Shown here piece after piece: positions 32,375-43,591 of a stretch of DNA of 64,000 bases. The notes beneath the pieces were generated by a model. The model was not told where the DNA came from. It ran no database searches and saw nothing but the letters and a program-made list of their open reading frames with translations. The DNA is taken from assembly GCA_963765765.1 (NCBI GenBank), contig CAVXYC010000030.1:32001-96000 (forward strand). The letters are read 5' to 3'. Made by a program: the position numbers and the translations under genes. The DNA is from an uncultured Chloroflexia bacterium (lineage in GTDB: Bacteria > Chloroflexota > UBA6077 > JACCZL01). Each line of letters starts with the position of its first letter. Position 1 is the first letter of the stretch.

Positions 32375-32468
32375 AGGAGGCTACGCTTAGATCGCTCCGG
32401 AGCGCGACTCCAACTCCGCACGACGAACAAGTAGTACAACCACTCGCTGTTAACAGAGGAGCAATAAC

Positions 32469-34251
32469 ATGACGCGGAGCCTCTCACGCCGTCGCTTCAT
32501 CCGTGCTCTGGCGTTAGCAAGCGCGGCGCTGCCGGCCGGCCTGGCTGCCGCCTGCGCGCCGGCGGCTCCCGCCGCACCCACCAGCGTCCCCGCGACGTCC
32601 GCTCCAGCGGCCGCCAAGGCGACCAGCGCACCCGCGGGTGCGCCAACCGCTGCCGCCGTCCAGGCGCCCGCCAAGCCCAGCGCGCAGCGCGTTATTCTGG
32701 CGCTGGCTTCACCCAACATCGAGAGCAACAAGCCGAGCGACATCGGTCAACCCGAGGGTTGGCAGCTTCGCCCGATGTACGAGTACCTGACCGGCGTTTC
32801 ACCCAGTGGCGAAGAAAATGTCCCACAGCTCGCAACGAGCTGGGCCGTGGAGCCCGACGGCAAGTCGTTCCGATTTCAGCTTCGCAAGGGTGTGCAGTTC
32901 CACAAGGGCAAGGGCGAATTCACCGCCAAGGACGTGGTCTATTCCTGGAAGCACATCGCCGCGCCCGACTCACTCCATCGGCAGGCGCCGTACTTCCGGA
33001 CGGCTATCGAGGACATCGAGGTCGTGAACGACTACGAGGTCGTGTTCAAGATGGCCAAGACCGGATCCGGGTTTCTTGACGGCCCTCGGGGAAGCCGAGT
33101 GGGGATTCGAGATCCTGAGCAAGGCGGACGGCGAGTCACGCTCCCAGTGGCCGGGACTCACTGAGGAAGCGGTAGCCGGTACGGGGCCCTACCAGTACAA
33201 GGAGCGCGCCCAGGGCCAGTACATTCGCTTTGAGCGGGTGCCATACCAGCACTGGCGTGTCCAGCCGGACTTCCCGGAGTTCGAGTATCGGATGGTTCGC
33301 GAGCCGTCCACGCGCGCTGCGAGCCTGCAGGCTCGTGAGATCCAGATTGCCGCGCTCCCACCAGAGCTGGTCCCGCAGGCAGAGCAAGCCGGGGCAAAGA
33401 CGATCGTGGGGAAGGCGCCCGGCCTCCATGCGTTCATGGTCTTCTACGGCGTCTGGGCCAACAAGAGCATCTTCAACGAGGAGACGCTCAACCCCGATCC
33501 CTCCCAGAAGTTCGTCTTCCCGAATACGCCGATCGCCGATGTGCGCGTACGCAAGGCACTGAACAAGGCGATCAACAAGGATGAGCTGAACAAGGCGTTC
33601 GTGCGTGGCAAAGCGGACCCGATGCAACTTACCTTCTGGCACCCCACCCGTCCGGGCTGGAACCCTGCGTGGGAGCAACGGTTCCAGGATGAGTACGGGT
33701 ACGACCCGGCCGCGGCACGAACGCTGTTGACCGAGGCCGGATACGGCCCGAGCAAGCCGCTGAAGCACGCGATCATCCTGCGGCCCAACTCCTTCTTCAC
33801 AGCCGTGTTAGACATGGCCGAGGCGATCGCTGGCTACTGGCGGGCGATCGGCGTTGACGTAGAGCTGGTCCAGATGGATGGTCAGCAGATCGAGGTCAAG
33901 ACCCGCAAGCTGGAGTGGGACAACCACTCGGTGATCATCGTGAGCAGCGTGCGCCAGCTTCTCGGTTTCGGCGTCTACAACGCCGCTAGCAACATTGGCG
34001 CGCGGGCCGGCCTGGAGCTCCCCGAGACAGATGATCTCTACGAAAACCAGATCAGGCTCACGCTGGATCCGCAGAAATACGACGCTCTTTGGCGCCAGCT
34101 CGGGGACATGGCGTTCGAGCGGCACATGAACGTACCGCTGTTCTGGATTCCGGCCGAGGCGTCAGTGGATCCACGTATCGTTTCGGACTACCAATTCCCC
34201 GGCAACATCAGCGGTACGTACACGCATCCGGAGTACATCAAGTCGGTCTAG
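32469..34251 (+). CDS. Tat-lipoprotein ABC family-5 substrate-binding protein (frameshift about 33065)
   Basis: SRRRFI...AAAC signal; PQLATSW, GTGPYQYKER, RVRKALNKAIN; paralog of 6411 and 9114. Confidence 0.9.
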
Positions 34252-34287
34252 TAGCAATTGGCGCGAAGCGCTTCATGCCACTGCTCC

Positions 34288-34776
34288 TCACGCGACTCTC
34301 GGCTCAGGAGCAGAGCGTGATTCGCTGGAGGCTGGGCGCCAGATTGAAGTCCACCACAGGATCCCTATGAACAACGCCTGCATCAGGATTCTCGGAATGA
34401 GCGGCGTGGGCGCTTCTCCGCGGAACGGAATGTCATTGATGGCGGCGTTCACATTGGCGGGAAATAGCGCCAACAGCATGAGCACTAGACCGATAGCGGC
34501 GGCTCGGCGCGTGGAACGCCGAAGCAAACCAAGAGCCCCAGCGATCTCCAGGACGCCAGTGATGTAGATCAGCCCTAGGCCTTGAGGGAATGGCGCCGGA
34601 ATCATCGCCGCGAGATCATGCTTCGTATCGGTGAAGTGTGCCGACGCCGTGAAGAGCAGCATCACCGCGATCCCCCAGCGAGCGGCGTCCCGCCAGGTGG
34701 ATAGGTGACGGACTCCAAGCCGACCGGCGAGTCTAAAGAGTAGTGTTCCGATTGCGAGCACGAATACGGGAATCAT
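34288..34776 (-). CDS. DoxX-like membrane protein
   Basis: FTASAHF, TGVLEIAGALGLL, LFPANVNAA. Confidence 0.85.
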   Translation of the reverse strand: MIPVFVLAIGTLLFRLAGRLGVRHLSTWRDAARWGIAVMLLFTASAHFTDTKHDLAAMIPAPFPQGLGLIYITGVLEIAGALGLLRRSTRRAAAIGLVLMLLALFPANVNAAINDIPFRGEAPTPLIPRILMQALFIGILWWTSIWRPASSESRSAPEPRVA

Positions 34777-34950
34777 GACGGGATCCCTTTCTTATCAAAC
34801 TGCCCTTTGCGTCAGCCTGATGGAGATGAGAACGAACATGAGCCAACGTTTCTTCCCACAGCGGCCCTGGCAACTATCATGCGCGTACCGTCAGGTCATG
34901 TCGAGTCCTTGCGTCCTGAAAAATGAGCATTTTGAAGCGTCCTGCGCGCC

Positions 34951-35391
34951 ATGGAGAGCGAAATGTCACCAATACCTCAAGCTGTGAAGAATGTCATCGA
35001 AAGCGGACGCCTCGCCCACCTTGTCACACTCGATCCGGACGGCGGGCCGCAGATCACGTGCGTCTGGGTGGGCGTCGATGGTGACGAGATTGTCATGGCT
35101 CACCTCGGCGCGGGCCAGAAGATCAAGAACGCGATAAGAGATCCCCGTGTGAGTCTCTCCATGGAGACGGATTCACTCAACCGGATGGGGCTCATTGAAT
35201 ATCTCGTGATTCATGGCCGCGCTCGAGTGACCGAGGGAGGCGCCGCTGAGCTACTTCAGCAACTGGCGCACCGGTATCTTGGTCCAGACGTGAAGTTCCC
35301 GCCAATGCACAATCCACCGCCGGGTAGCATCTTGCACATCACTCCGGAGCGGTACGGCGGCATTGGCCCGTGGGCTGAGTCAGGAGGGTGA
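34951..35391 (+). CDS. PPOX-class F420-dependent oxidoreductase
   Basis: LVTLDPDGGPQITCVW, K..N..RDPRVSLS, LAHRYLG. Confidence 0.88.
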   Translation: MESEMSPIPQAVKNVIESGRLAHLVTLDPDGGPQITCVWVGVDGDEIVMAHLGAGQKIKNAIRDPRVSLSMETDSLNRMGLIEYLVIHGRARVTEGGAAELLQQLAHRYLGPDVKFPPMHNPPPGSILHITPERYGGIGPWAESGG

Positions 35392-35457
35392 GCGCGGTCT
35401 GGCAGGGGCTATTCAGAAGCTTCGGGCTAATCCGAGAAACCCTGATCCGCTCTGTCC

Positions 35458-36315
35458 CTATGCTTTCACGGTCAGCGTGATGCTTGCGGCGAGGCCCTTG
35501 GTCGTATTCTGAACCGCCAGCGTTGAATGTTGACCGCCGCTTGCATAGATCTCATCTGTCCGGTTCGTCGTGTCGCGCCCCGGGTGCGATGAGTAGGGTG
35601 CCTCGGTATAGATTTCACTGGAGAGCGCGTCGTCGAAGTAGAGCTGGCCGGTATGGACATCGTTCGCGCCGTTGTGGACCTTGACGTGTATGTGCACAGT
35701 GCGTCCGCGATACCAGCCGGGGTAGATAGTTTTGAAGGTCACGCGACCGTCGCGTCCAGTAACCTGGCCGCCGCGTAAGAATCGAAGACTATTATCAGGG
35801 CGCTGAGCATCAGAAGCTCGGGGTAGCGGTCCGTCGGGTCTCGCCGATGGGATACCAGTCGGACCGTCTGACGCAGGTCCAGACTGCTCGCCCAGACGCT
35901 GGGACGTTTCCTCGCCAAATCCCGAATATTGGCCCAGCGCATCGCAATGCCAGATCTCGACAGAGGCATCCGAAATTGGTTGACACTTGCCCGTGCTCTG
36001 CACCAGGAAATACAGCTCCAGCGGAATCCCGGGACGCCCCTCCGATATATTCGAGCGAATAAGTCCAAGGTCAATGTGGTAAGGCCCCTCAGTCTGCTCT
36101 GGACTCAGTAAGCAGCTACCCCTCGTTGCACCTGACTCCGCCTCGGACGAGCTTGAAGCCCTCGGGGCCGCCGCAATAGAGCTGGCAGCCGTATCGCTTA
36201 ACTGCTCCATTGACCTCCGGGCCCCGGGCTGACAACCGCTGAAGAGAAAAAGCGGACCGACTGACGCTAGCGTCCGCCCTATAGCGACTCTGCGTGTGAT
36301 ACGAAATGTCGTCAA
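35458..36315 (-). CDS. Intradiol ring-cleavage dioxygenase-like protein, possibly a Tat lipoprotein
   Basis: EGPY, EIWHCDALGQYSG, FLRG, TIYPGWYRGRTVHIH; TRR...FSGC leader; start uncertain. Confidence 0.8.
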   Translation of the reverse strand: MTTFRITRRVAIGRTLASVGPLFLFSGCQPGARRSMEQLSDTAASSIAAAPRASSSSEAESGATRGSCLLSPEQTEGPYHIDLGLIRSNISEGRPGIPLELYFLVQSTGKCQPISDASVEIWHCDALGQYSGFGEETSQRLGEQSGPASDGPTGIPSARPDGPLPRASDAQRPDNSLRFLRGGQVTGRDGRVTFKTIYPGWYRGRTVHIHVKVHNGANDVHTGQLYFDDALSSEIYTEAPYSSHPGRDTTNRTDEIYASGGQHSTLAVQNTTKGLAASITLTVKA

Positions 36316-36522
36316 AAGACGCCTCAGCAAAGCTGGAACTTGCGGACAGCAAGGCCGCCAGAGCTCGACTGCCGGCGGGAGGCCCTGGCAAACTGGCACG
36401 ATTGATGCCATTAGTGCACGCCAAGCTCCTGCGCGCCTACGCGGCCGGATGGAGACGACCTGGCTACCTTGAAGCGCGGCTTCGTTGGGTGAAGCGGAGC
36501 GCTTCACTTTTCTGAGAGCGAT

Positions 36523-39500
36523 CATGGCGAGAATACGCGAGCCCCGGGAAGGCTCCGAATGGACGGACATCATTTTTGCTCACGGCGGCGATATGGGGGA
36601 CTTGATGCGCCGCCACGACTGGGCGCGAACGCCGCTTGGACCCCCGGAGCAGTGGCCGCAAAGCCTGCGAACTGGCGTGCAGATCATGCTCGGCTCTCGC
36701 TACCCGATGTTCATCTGGTGGGGACCGCAGCTCTTTTCGTTTTACAACGACGCATATTGTCAGATCCTGGGATCCAAGCATCCTGACGCTCTAGGGCGGC
36801 CAGGGCGTGAGGTCTGGTCGGAGGTCTGGGACGTTGTTGGACCGCTCGCCCGGAAGGTCATGAATGATGGCGAGGCAACGTATTCCGATCGTCTGCTCTT
36901 GCTTATGGAGCGCAGCGGTTATGTAGAAGAGTCCTATTTCACCTTTTCTTACAGCCCCATGCCTGATGATTCCGACGAAATCGGCGGCGTCTTCTGTGCA
37001 GTTGCGGAAGACACCGCCCGAGTGGTGAGCGAGCGGCGCTTACGGACATTGCGTGAGCTTGCCACCGAGCTCCATCAGTCCGAGACCGGATCGGAAGCAT
37101 ATCGAGCCGCGGCTCGGGCGCTTGCCAAGAACCCGCACGATATTCCATTCGTCCTGCTCTACGAGTGTGGCCAGAGCAGCACGAACGCACGCCTCGCCGC
37201 GGCAGCCGGCGTTCCAAAAGACGGCCCGTGGAGCCCTCGGAACGTGCGCCTCAATTCGAGCTCGCCGACCGACTGGCCGTTTCACACGGTGTCTCGACAC
37301 GCGCCGAGTATCGTTGTCAGCAACCTCGACCAGCGCGAGCCGCCATTACCGGGCGGCCCCCTCGCTACTACCGCCGAGTCGGCTATCGTGTTGCCCATCA
37401 TGGGGCCCGGCGGGCTCGGGTATGAAGGCTTCCTCGTAGCGGGAATTAGTCCGCGGCGTGCCTTCGACGAAGGATATCGCGGGTTCACCGAGACCATCGC
37501 GGGAAATCTGGCCGCGGGTATTGCCACGGCGCGTGCGCACGAGCTCGAGCGCGAGCGTGCAAGAGCGCTCGTTGAGCTGGATCGTGCGAAGTCGATGTTC
37601 TTCAGCAACGCCAGCCACGAGCTGCGGACCCCTCTCACGCTCATGCTCGGGCCGCTGGAAACCCTGTTAGAGCAAGAGACGCCCAGTCAGAGCGACGTCC
37701 GATCGAAGATCGAACTGGCTCATCGAAATGGTCTGCGACTACTTCGACTGGTCAATAACTTATTGGACGTTTCGCGACTCGAAGGCGGCCGATTGATCGC
37801 GAATCGAGAATCCACAAATCTTGCGGCCTATACCGTTGAGCTCGTGAGTATGTTCGACTCTGCCTTCACGCAGGCCGGATTGAATCTTGTCATCGATTGT
37901 CCACCGCTTGAGGAACCAGTCTCGATCGATCGCGAGATGTGGGAGAAAATCGTCCTCAATCTCATTTCGAATGCTCTTAAGTTCACGCTTGATGGCCACA
38001 TTAAAGTATCGCTGCGAGAGACTTCGAAGGGGATCGAGCTGCAGGTTTCGGACACAGGTGTAGGAATTCCGGAAGACGAGCTGCCACACATCTTTGAGCG
38101 GTTCCATCGAGTTCGGACACCCGAGGCCCGTACGCAAGAGGGCGCTGGAATCGGCCTGGCGCTCGTTCAGGAGCTCGTGAGACTTCACGGTGGCAGCGTG
38201 CGTAGCGAGAGCACTATGGGCGCGGGCACCACCTTTTTCGTAACCATTCCACGAGTGTCATCGCTGGACGCTGGGCGGCCGCTTGAAGGCTCCAGTATGA
38301 GCGATTCAACGCGTCCATATCTGGAAGAGGCCTTGCGGTGGCTGCCTTCCACGTCAGACGTTTCGGACACTCGCGAACGTGCCAACGGACAAGCATTGGA
38401 AAGCGCTGGCGAACCGGCTCGCTCGGGTCCTGGTGGCCGATGACAATGCAGACATGCGCACCTATCTGCAACAGCTCTTCGCTGCCGATTACGAGGTGCG
38501 AACCGTGGCGGACGGGTCCGAGGCGCTGGACGTTGCACGGAGCTGGGCACCGTCGATCATCCTGGCGGACATCATGATGCCGAAGCTTGATGGCTTTGGG
38601 ATGCTGCGTGAGTTGCGATTAGATCCGCAAACGCGAGCGATACCGGTTATCTTCCTTTCGGCGCGCGCCAGTGAGAATACGCGAGTTGACGGATTGCGGG
38701 CCGGAGCCAATGACTACATGGTCAAGCCGTTTTCGACCCGGGAGCTCATTGCCCGAGTCGAAGGCCATGTCAAGCTTGCCGAGCTACGCACCGAAGTCGG
38801 GAAGCAGGAGAAGGATGCTCGGGATCGGCTCCAGCGGCTCTTTGAGCAAGCGCCCGCGGCGATCTGTGTCATGGACGGGCCCGAGCACATCGTCCGTCTG
38901 GCGAACTCGCGGTTCACAGACCTCGTCGGCTCCGAGCCGACACTTGGGTCGCCACTGCTTGAGACGCTGCCGAATCTTGGTGGCGGGATCATCGCGGAGC
39001 AGCTTGACAGCGTGTATGAGACCGGCGCGCCATTTATAGGTAGCGCCATCCCGGTGCGCGTCGATCACGGTGGCAGGAACGAGCAGGCCTTCTTCGATTT
39101 TGTCTACGTGCCCCTCACGGCCGCAAATGGGGACATCGAGGGAGTGTTTTTAAGCGCCTATGAAGTGACTTCACAGGTCCGCGCCAGGGGTGAAGCGGAG
39201 TCCGCGGTCAAGGTGCGTGACGAATTTCTTTCAATCGCCGCGCATGAGCTACGTACACCTGTAACAGGAATCAAGGGCGCCGCCCAGCTTGCCCTGAGGT
39301 CACATCAGCGAGGCACGCTGGATTCAGACCGTCTGGAAGCTACGCTGCGCACCATCGACCACGCCGCTGGCCGACTATCCGGACTCATCAGCGACCTGCT
39401 GGACGTCTCGCGTTTACAAGCCGGTCAAATGTCCGTGCGGCCCAAACCACTCGACATCGTTGGGCTGGTGCGCGAGGGCCTCGAACAAGGTGCGTTTGGC

Positions 39501-39950
39501 GGAACCTGCCAGATTCGACTCGAGACGGAGGCGGATAGGCTTAATGTGCTGGCCGACGAGGCGCGCATAGAGCAGATCATTGCCAACCTCCTGGAGAATG
39601 CCGAGAAATATTCGCCCGATGGCGGGATCATCGATGTGCGACTCTTGCGCAGCGATAGTGGGGTGACGCTGGAGGTTCAGGATCAAGGCATCGGCCTACC
39701 GGCCGGCTCAGAAGAGACTATTTTCAAACCGTTTGGTAGGGCCGCCAACGCTTCCGCGCAAAACATCCCCGGTATGGGGCTTGGCCTCTACGTCTGTCGC
39801 CGCATTGCCGAGCTGCACAATGGCCGACTCTGGGCGCAGAGCGAGGGTGAAGGTCGCGGAACCACGGTCTCACTCTGGCTGCCATGTACGGAGCAAGATT
39901 TAATGTCTCATGACGAATCCAACGATCGGTCTGGTGCGGTCAATGCTTGA
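36523..39950 (+). CDS. Hybrid sensor histidine kinase with two HisKA/HATPase modules and REC (frameshift about 38410)
   Basis: DWARTPLGP, SHELRTPL, GAGIGL, VLVADDNADMR, DIMMPKLDG, AHELRTP, GMGLGL; start uncertain. Confidence 0.9.
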
Positions 39951-40344
39951 ACGGGCTCGAATCCTGATTGTCGAAGACGACCAGGCGATTCGCGAGATAC
40001 TCCGAATCGCGCTCACCGATGAGTGCTACGAAGTGACGGTTGCAGGTAATGGCGAAGAAGCGCTGGAGCGACTCCAGGTCTGGACTCCGCACCTCATTAT
40101 TCTGGATATGATGATGCCGTTCATGGATGGCGTCACGTTTCGTCGCCGCCAGCGAGAGCTGAAGCTCGCTCCTGAAGCACGCCTCATCGTGTTGTCCGCG
40201 TCACGTGCGGCCATTCCTCAATCGCTCGAGCTTGGAGCGGATCTGAGCGTGGCGAAGCCGTTTGAGCTCGACGACCTTCTGGACGTTGTGGCGAGCACGC
40301 TTAAACGGTACTCCACGGTCACGGACATCGCGCGAACAATCTGA
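39943..40344 (+). CDS. Single-domain response regulator
   Basis: ILIVEDD, DMMMPFMDG, LSA, KPF. Confidence 0.9.
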   Translation: MLERARILIVEDDQAIREILRIALTDECYEVTVAGNGEEALERLQVWTPHLIILDMMMPFMDGVTFRRRQRELKLAPEARLIVLSASRAAIPQSLELGADLSVAKPFELDDLLDVVASTLKRYSTVTDIARTI

Positions 40345-40428
40345 TCCGTCTACCGGCCGGGCGGATCTATTCCTGGACATGTCCGATTTGTTCAAGACTC
40401 GCGGCCACTCGCCGGGTATCGTTCAGCT

Positions 40429-40692
40429 ATGAGCGAGTCAGCGCTACGCGCACTACCGAATGTGGGTCCTAAGGTTGCACGCATGCTGATGCGCAGCGGC
40501 ATCGATAGCCCCGAACAACTGCGGGGAGAAGATGCGGATCGGCTGTACGCGAGGCTCTGCGATGTGGAAGGCCAACGCCTCGATCCATGCCTCCTGGATA
40601 CGCTGACCGCGATCGTCGACTACGCTAATGGCGCACCCGCGCGGCCCTGGTGGTACTACAGCCGAATTCGCAAAGCCGCTGTTACGCGCTGA
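40429..40692 (+). CDS. Cdd1/TfoX-C-like helix-hairpin-helix protein (McrB mitomycin-resistance-like)
   Basis: LPNVGPKVA, L.GED..LY.RLC, DPCLLD, PWWYYS. Confidence 0.8.
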   Translation: MSESALRALPNVGPKVARMLMRSGIDSPEQLRGEDADRLYARLCDVEGQRLDPCLLDTLTAIVDYANGAPARPWWYYSRIRKAAVTR

Positions 40693-40711
40693 ATACAATG
40701 GAGACTTCGTC

Positions 40712-41104
40712 ATGCCGCCTAGATTGAATGTTATCGGCATAGTGGTGAAGGACATGCCACGCGCCTTGAGTTTCTACCGCGCCATGGGCCTGGCGATTCC
40801 AACAGCGTCTGACTCCGAGCCACACGTCGAGGCCGAGGTCAGCAGTGGACTGAAAATCGCCTGGGACCGCGAGGATGTCATTCGGTCGTTCGATCCCGAA
40901 TGGACCCCGCCAACGGGTGGCGCACGCGTTGGTCTGGCGTTCCAGATGGACTCACCCGATGAGGTGAATGCACTGTACAAGTCACTTGTTGAGGCCGGTT
41001 TCGAAGGCCACAAGGAGCCATGGGACGCCTTCTGGGGTCAGCGCTACGCACTCATCCGGGATCCGGATGGAAACAGCGTAGATCTGTACGCGCCGCTGAG
41101 TTGA
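40712..41104 (+). CDS. VOC/glyoxalase protein, MRD (mitomycin-binding)-like
   Basis: VVKDM..LSFYR..G, IAWD, SFDPEW.PPTGG.R, PWDAFWGQRYA...DPDGN.VDL. Confidence 0.88.
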   Translation: MPPRLNVIGIVVKDMPRALSFYRAMGLAIPTASDSEPHVEAEVSSGLKIAWDREDVIRSFDPEWTPPTGGARVGLAFQMDSPDEVNALYKSLVEAGFEGHKEPWDAFWGQRYALIRDPDGNSVDLYAPLS

Positions 41105-41114
41105 CCGTACGTCA

Positions 41115-41140
41115 CTCCCTCGCCCCCGTGGGCGAGGGAG
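41115..41140. terminator. Hairpin between convergent genes
   Basis: CTCCCTCGCCC-CCGT-GGGCGAGGGAG. Confidence 0.6.
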
Positions 41141-41150
41141 CTTTCTAGTG

Positions 41151-41915
41151 CTACGGGCTCTGAAGCCCTATTCGCTCCGCCAGTAGCTTCGCGGGCGGTA
41201 GTCCGGAAAGCTCTTTCACCTCACGCGTGAGATGCGACTGGTCGGCGTAGCCACATTCGGCTGCCATCTGAGCCATTGACTGACACTGAGAATTGGCAAG
41301 GGTCAGGAATCGCTGGAATCGAACAATGCGCGCCAGCATCTTTGGCCCATAACCCAATGCGTCGTGACAGCGTCTATTGAGCTGCCGTTCGCTCAGGCCC
41401 ACGGCGTCCGCGAGCTCATTGACTCGGAAGGATACTTCGGCATCGGAGCGCCAAATCCTGGTCGCGACATGCTGAACCGCGCGATCGACTTTCACCGACG
41501 CACCCAGGCGAGCGCGGAGAGAGGCCTGGATCTTCTCACCGATATCTTGAGCGGAGTCGGATTCACCGAGTCGCCGGTGAAGATCCTCGGCCCAATCCGG
41601 CGAGACGAGCTCCATTGCCACACGCTGGCTCACCAGCTCGGACGCTGGCAGGCCAAGTAGCGACGGCGCCACGCCGGAGTGGAATCGGACGCCAACGATC
41701 TCCTCGCCGGCGGCCAGTGGTGCGGCCCAGGCAACCCTGTCCGGACCCGCGATGGTGATCTCGTGCTCCACCCAGATGAGATCCATGCACCCGTCGGGCA
41801 GGATGCGAGCCGGCTGCTCCGCCTCCACGGGACTCACTCGCCGAAACCAGACGCTCTGAACGTAGTCCGCGAGATCCGCGGCTGGCGCTACTTCGAGGTA
41901 TCCATGGTCGTCCAC
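41151..41915 (-). CDS. AraC-family regulator (DUF6597-type N-terminus)
   Basis: ILPDGCMDLIW, GLSERQLNRR, GYGPK...RIVRFQR, GYADQSHL. Confidence 0.9.
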   Translation of the reverse strand: MDDHGYLEVAPAADLADYVQSVWFRRVSPVEAEQPARILPDGCMDLIWVEHEITIAGPDRVAWAAPLAAGEEIVGVRFHSGVAPSLLGLPASELVSQRVAMELVSPDWAEDLHRRLGESDSAQDIGEKIQASLRARLGASVKVDRAVQHVATRIWRSDAEVSFRVNELADAVGLSERQLNRRCHDALGYGPKMLARIVRFQRFLTLANSQCQSMAQMAAECGYADQSHLTREVKELSGLPPAKLLAERIGLQSP

Positions 41916-41937
41916 ACCTATATTGTGCCTGTTCCAG

Positions 41938-42282
41938 CTAGTCGTGGATTGCCAGACTGTCTGGTGGGGCCTGGTCACGATCAGTCATTCCGTAGTCTCG
42001 GATGACACCCGCTACGCGCAGTCGATAGTCCTTGAAGATGCCCGCTCGACCTTCGGCCTGGGCTTCGCGATGTATCTTGAGCGTGCGCCACTCCTCCACA
42101 GCTTGCTCGTCGCGCCAGATTGAAAGCGACAACAGCTTCCCCGGCTCGGCCAGGCTTTGGAACCGCTCAATGGAGATAAACCCGTCAATCTTCTCCAGTC
42201 GTGGGCGCAGCCCGGCGGCAATGCTCAGGTAGTCTTCCTTGCGGCCGTCGTTCGGCCAGACTTCGAAGATCACGGCGATCAT
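41938..42282 (-). CDS. Antibiotic biosynthesis monooxygenase (ABM) family protein
   Basis: MIAVIFEVWP, GFISIERFQSL, HREAQ, YRLRVA. Confidence 0.9.
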   Translation of the reverse strand: MIAVIFEVWPNDGRKEDYLSIAAGLRPRLEKIDGFISIERFQSLAEPGKLLSLSIWRDEQAVEEWRTLKIHREAQAEGRAGIFKDYRLRVAGVIRDYGMTDRDQAPPDSLAIHD

Positions 42283-42298
42283 TAGATCGGGAGTCCTT

Positions 42299-43399
42299 TC
42301 AGGGTATGAAGACCACTTTGATGGGATCACCCTCACGCTCGCGCACCACCCGGAAACCTTCCTGAATCTGATCCAGAGGGAATCGATGCGTCACCAGCTC
42401 GCCGCACCGGAGCTTCCCCTGCGATGCCAATGAGAGCGCCCGACGTACCGCCGCCGCGCCTTCGCCACGAGTGGTGTAGAGCGTGACATCGTCACGAATC
42501 GCCGAGCTCAGATCAAACGTTACGGGCTCCGAATAAAAGGCCAGAAAGAGAATCTTCCCGCCGCGCTTCACCATCTCAATGCACTGTTGCGGCGTATCCA
42601 CCGATCCTGACGCCTCAATCACAAGGTCCGCGCCGCGCTCACCAAGGACTCGTCGAGTGGCGACGGCGGGATCTTCGTCGCGGGCATTGATGACGTGGTC
42701 TGCCCCAAGACGAAGGCCCATCTCCAGTCGGCTAGACCGGGTGCCAACCAATACGACCTGAGCGGCGCCCAGCGCCTTGCACGCTTGCACCGCCATAAGC
42801 CCCACCGGGCCGGGACCAATCACCACGACCGAGTCGCCGGCGATGTACCCGCCCACCGCGTCAAGTCCATACATGCTGGTGCCAGCGGTCATGATGAGCA
42901 CCGCGTCTTCCCAGGTGACGTGCTCGGGCATACGGTACAACGCGCTCACGTGATGTGTGACGTACTCCGCGAACCCTCCGTCCACGGTCATGCCGGTGGC
43001 GCGGTGCCCTTTGGCGACATTCCCGTAGTTCAAGCAGGCGGTGTACATGCCGAGGACGCAGTTCTCGCATCTACCGCAGCCCCGATGGGCGTGGATGGCA
43101 ACACGGTCACCAACACTGAGCTCGTCAACATTCGGCCCCAAACCAACCACCGTTCCGGTCCACTCGTGTCCTGGTGTGAACGCGCCGTATGGAGGCTGTC
43201 CCGGGAATGGATGCGATTGGATTTTCAGATCGGTGCCGCAGGTACCGCACATGGCCACCTTGACCAACACTTCACCTTCACCGGGCACCGGCACTGGTTT
43301 CTCGGTGATGCGCATGTCGTCCGGTCCGAACAGCACAGCCGCGCGCATGCGGTTTGGAAGTGAGGCCGTTGTCGTAATCAGGCTTGACTCGAGTGTCAT
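42299..43399 (-). CDS. Zinc-dependent dehydrogenase (MDR, threonine/sorbitol dehydrogenase-like)
   Basis: CGTD, GHEW, CGRCENC...C, GPGPVG. Confidence 0.93.
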   Translation of the reverse strand: MTLESSLITTTASLPNRMRAAVLFGPDDMRITEKPVPVPGEGEVLVKVAMCGTCGTDLKIQSHPFPGQPPYGAFTPGHEWTGTVVGLGPNVDELSVGDRVAIHAHRGCGRCENCVLGMYTACLNYGNVAKGHRATGMTVDGGFAEYVTHHVSALYRMPEHVTWEDAVLIMTAGTSMYGLDAVGGYIAGDSVVVIGPGPVGLMAVQACKALGAAQVVLVGTRSSRLEMGLRLGADHVINARDEDPAVATRRVLGERGADLVIEASGSVDTPQQCIEMVKRGGKILFLAFYSEPVTFDLSSAIRDDVTLYTTRGEGAAAVRRALSLASQGKLRCGELVTHRFPLDQIQEGFRVVREREGDPIKVVFIP

Positions 43400-43591
43400 G
43401 CGATACCTCTAGAGCCCACGCCGCGAGTGGTAAGTGATGCTTCGGATACTACATGGTCGCCCTCCATCGTTCGGCCAGAATTCAGCTCGGCGAGCGCAAA
43501 TGTTCCTAAAGATTCACGAGACCCAGGAATGCCAGGGGAACCAAATTTCCTCAGGCATTGATGTTGCACTACGGGGCGTAAGGAGACGACC

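Noticed and set aside
36523-40344. Double-kinase hybrid sensor as a novel system
   Set aside because: This architecture with a trailing single-domain response regulator is common in soil bacteria.
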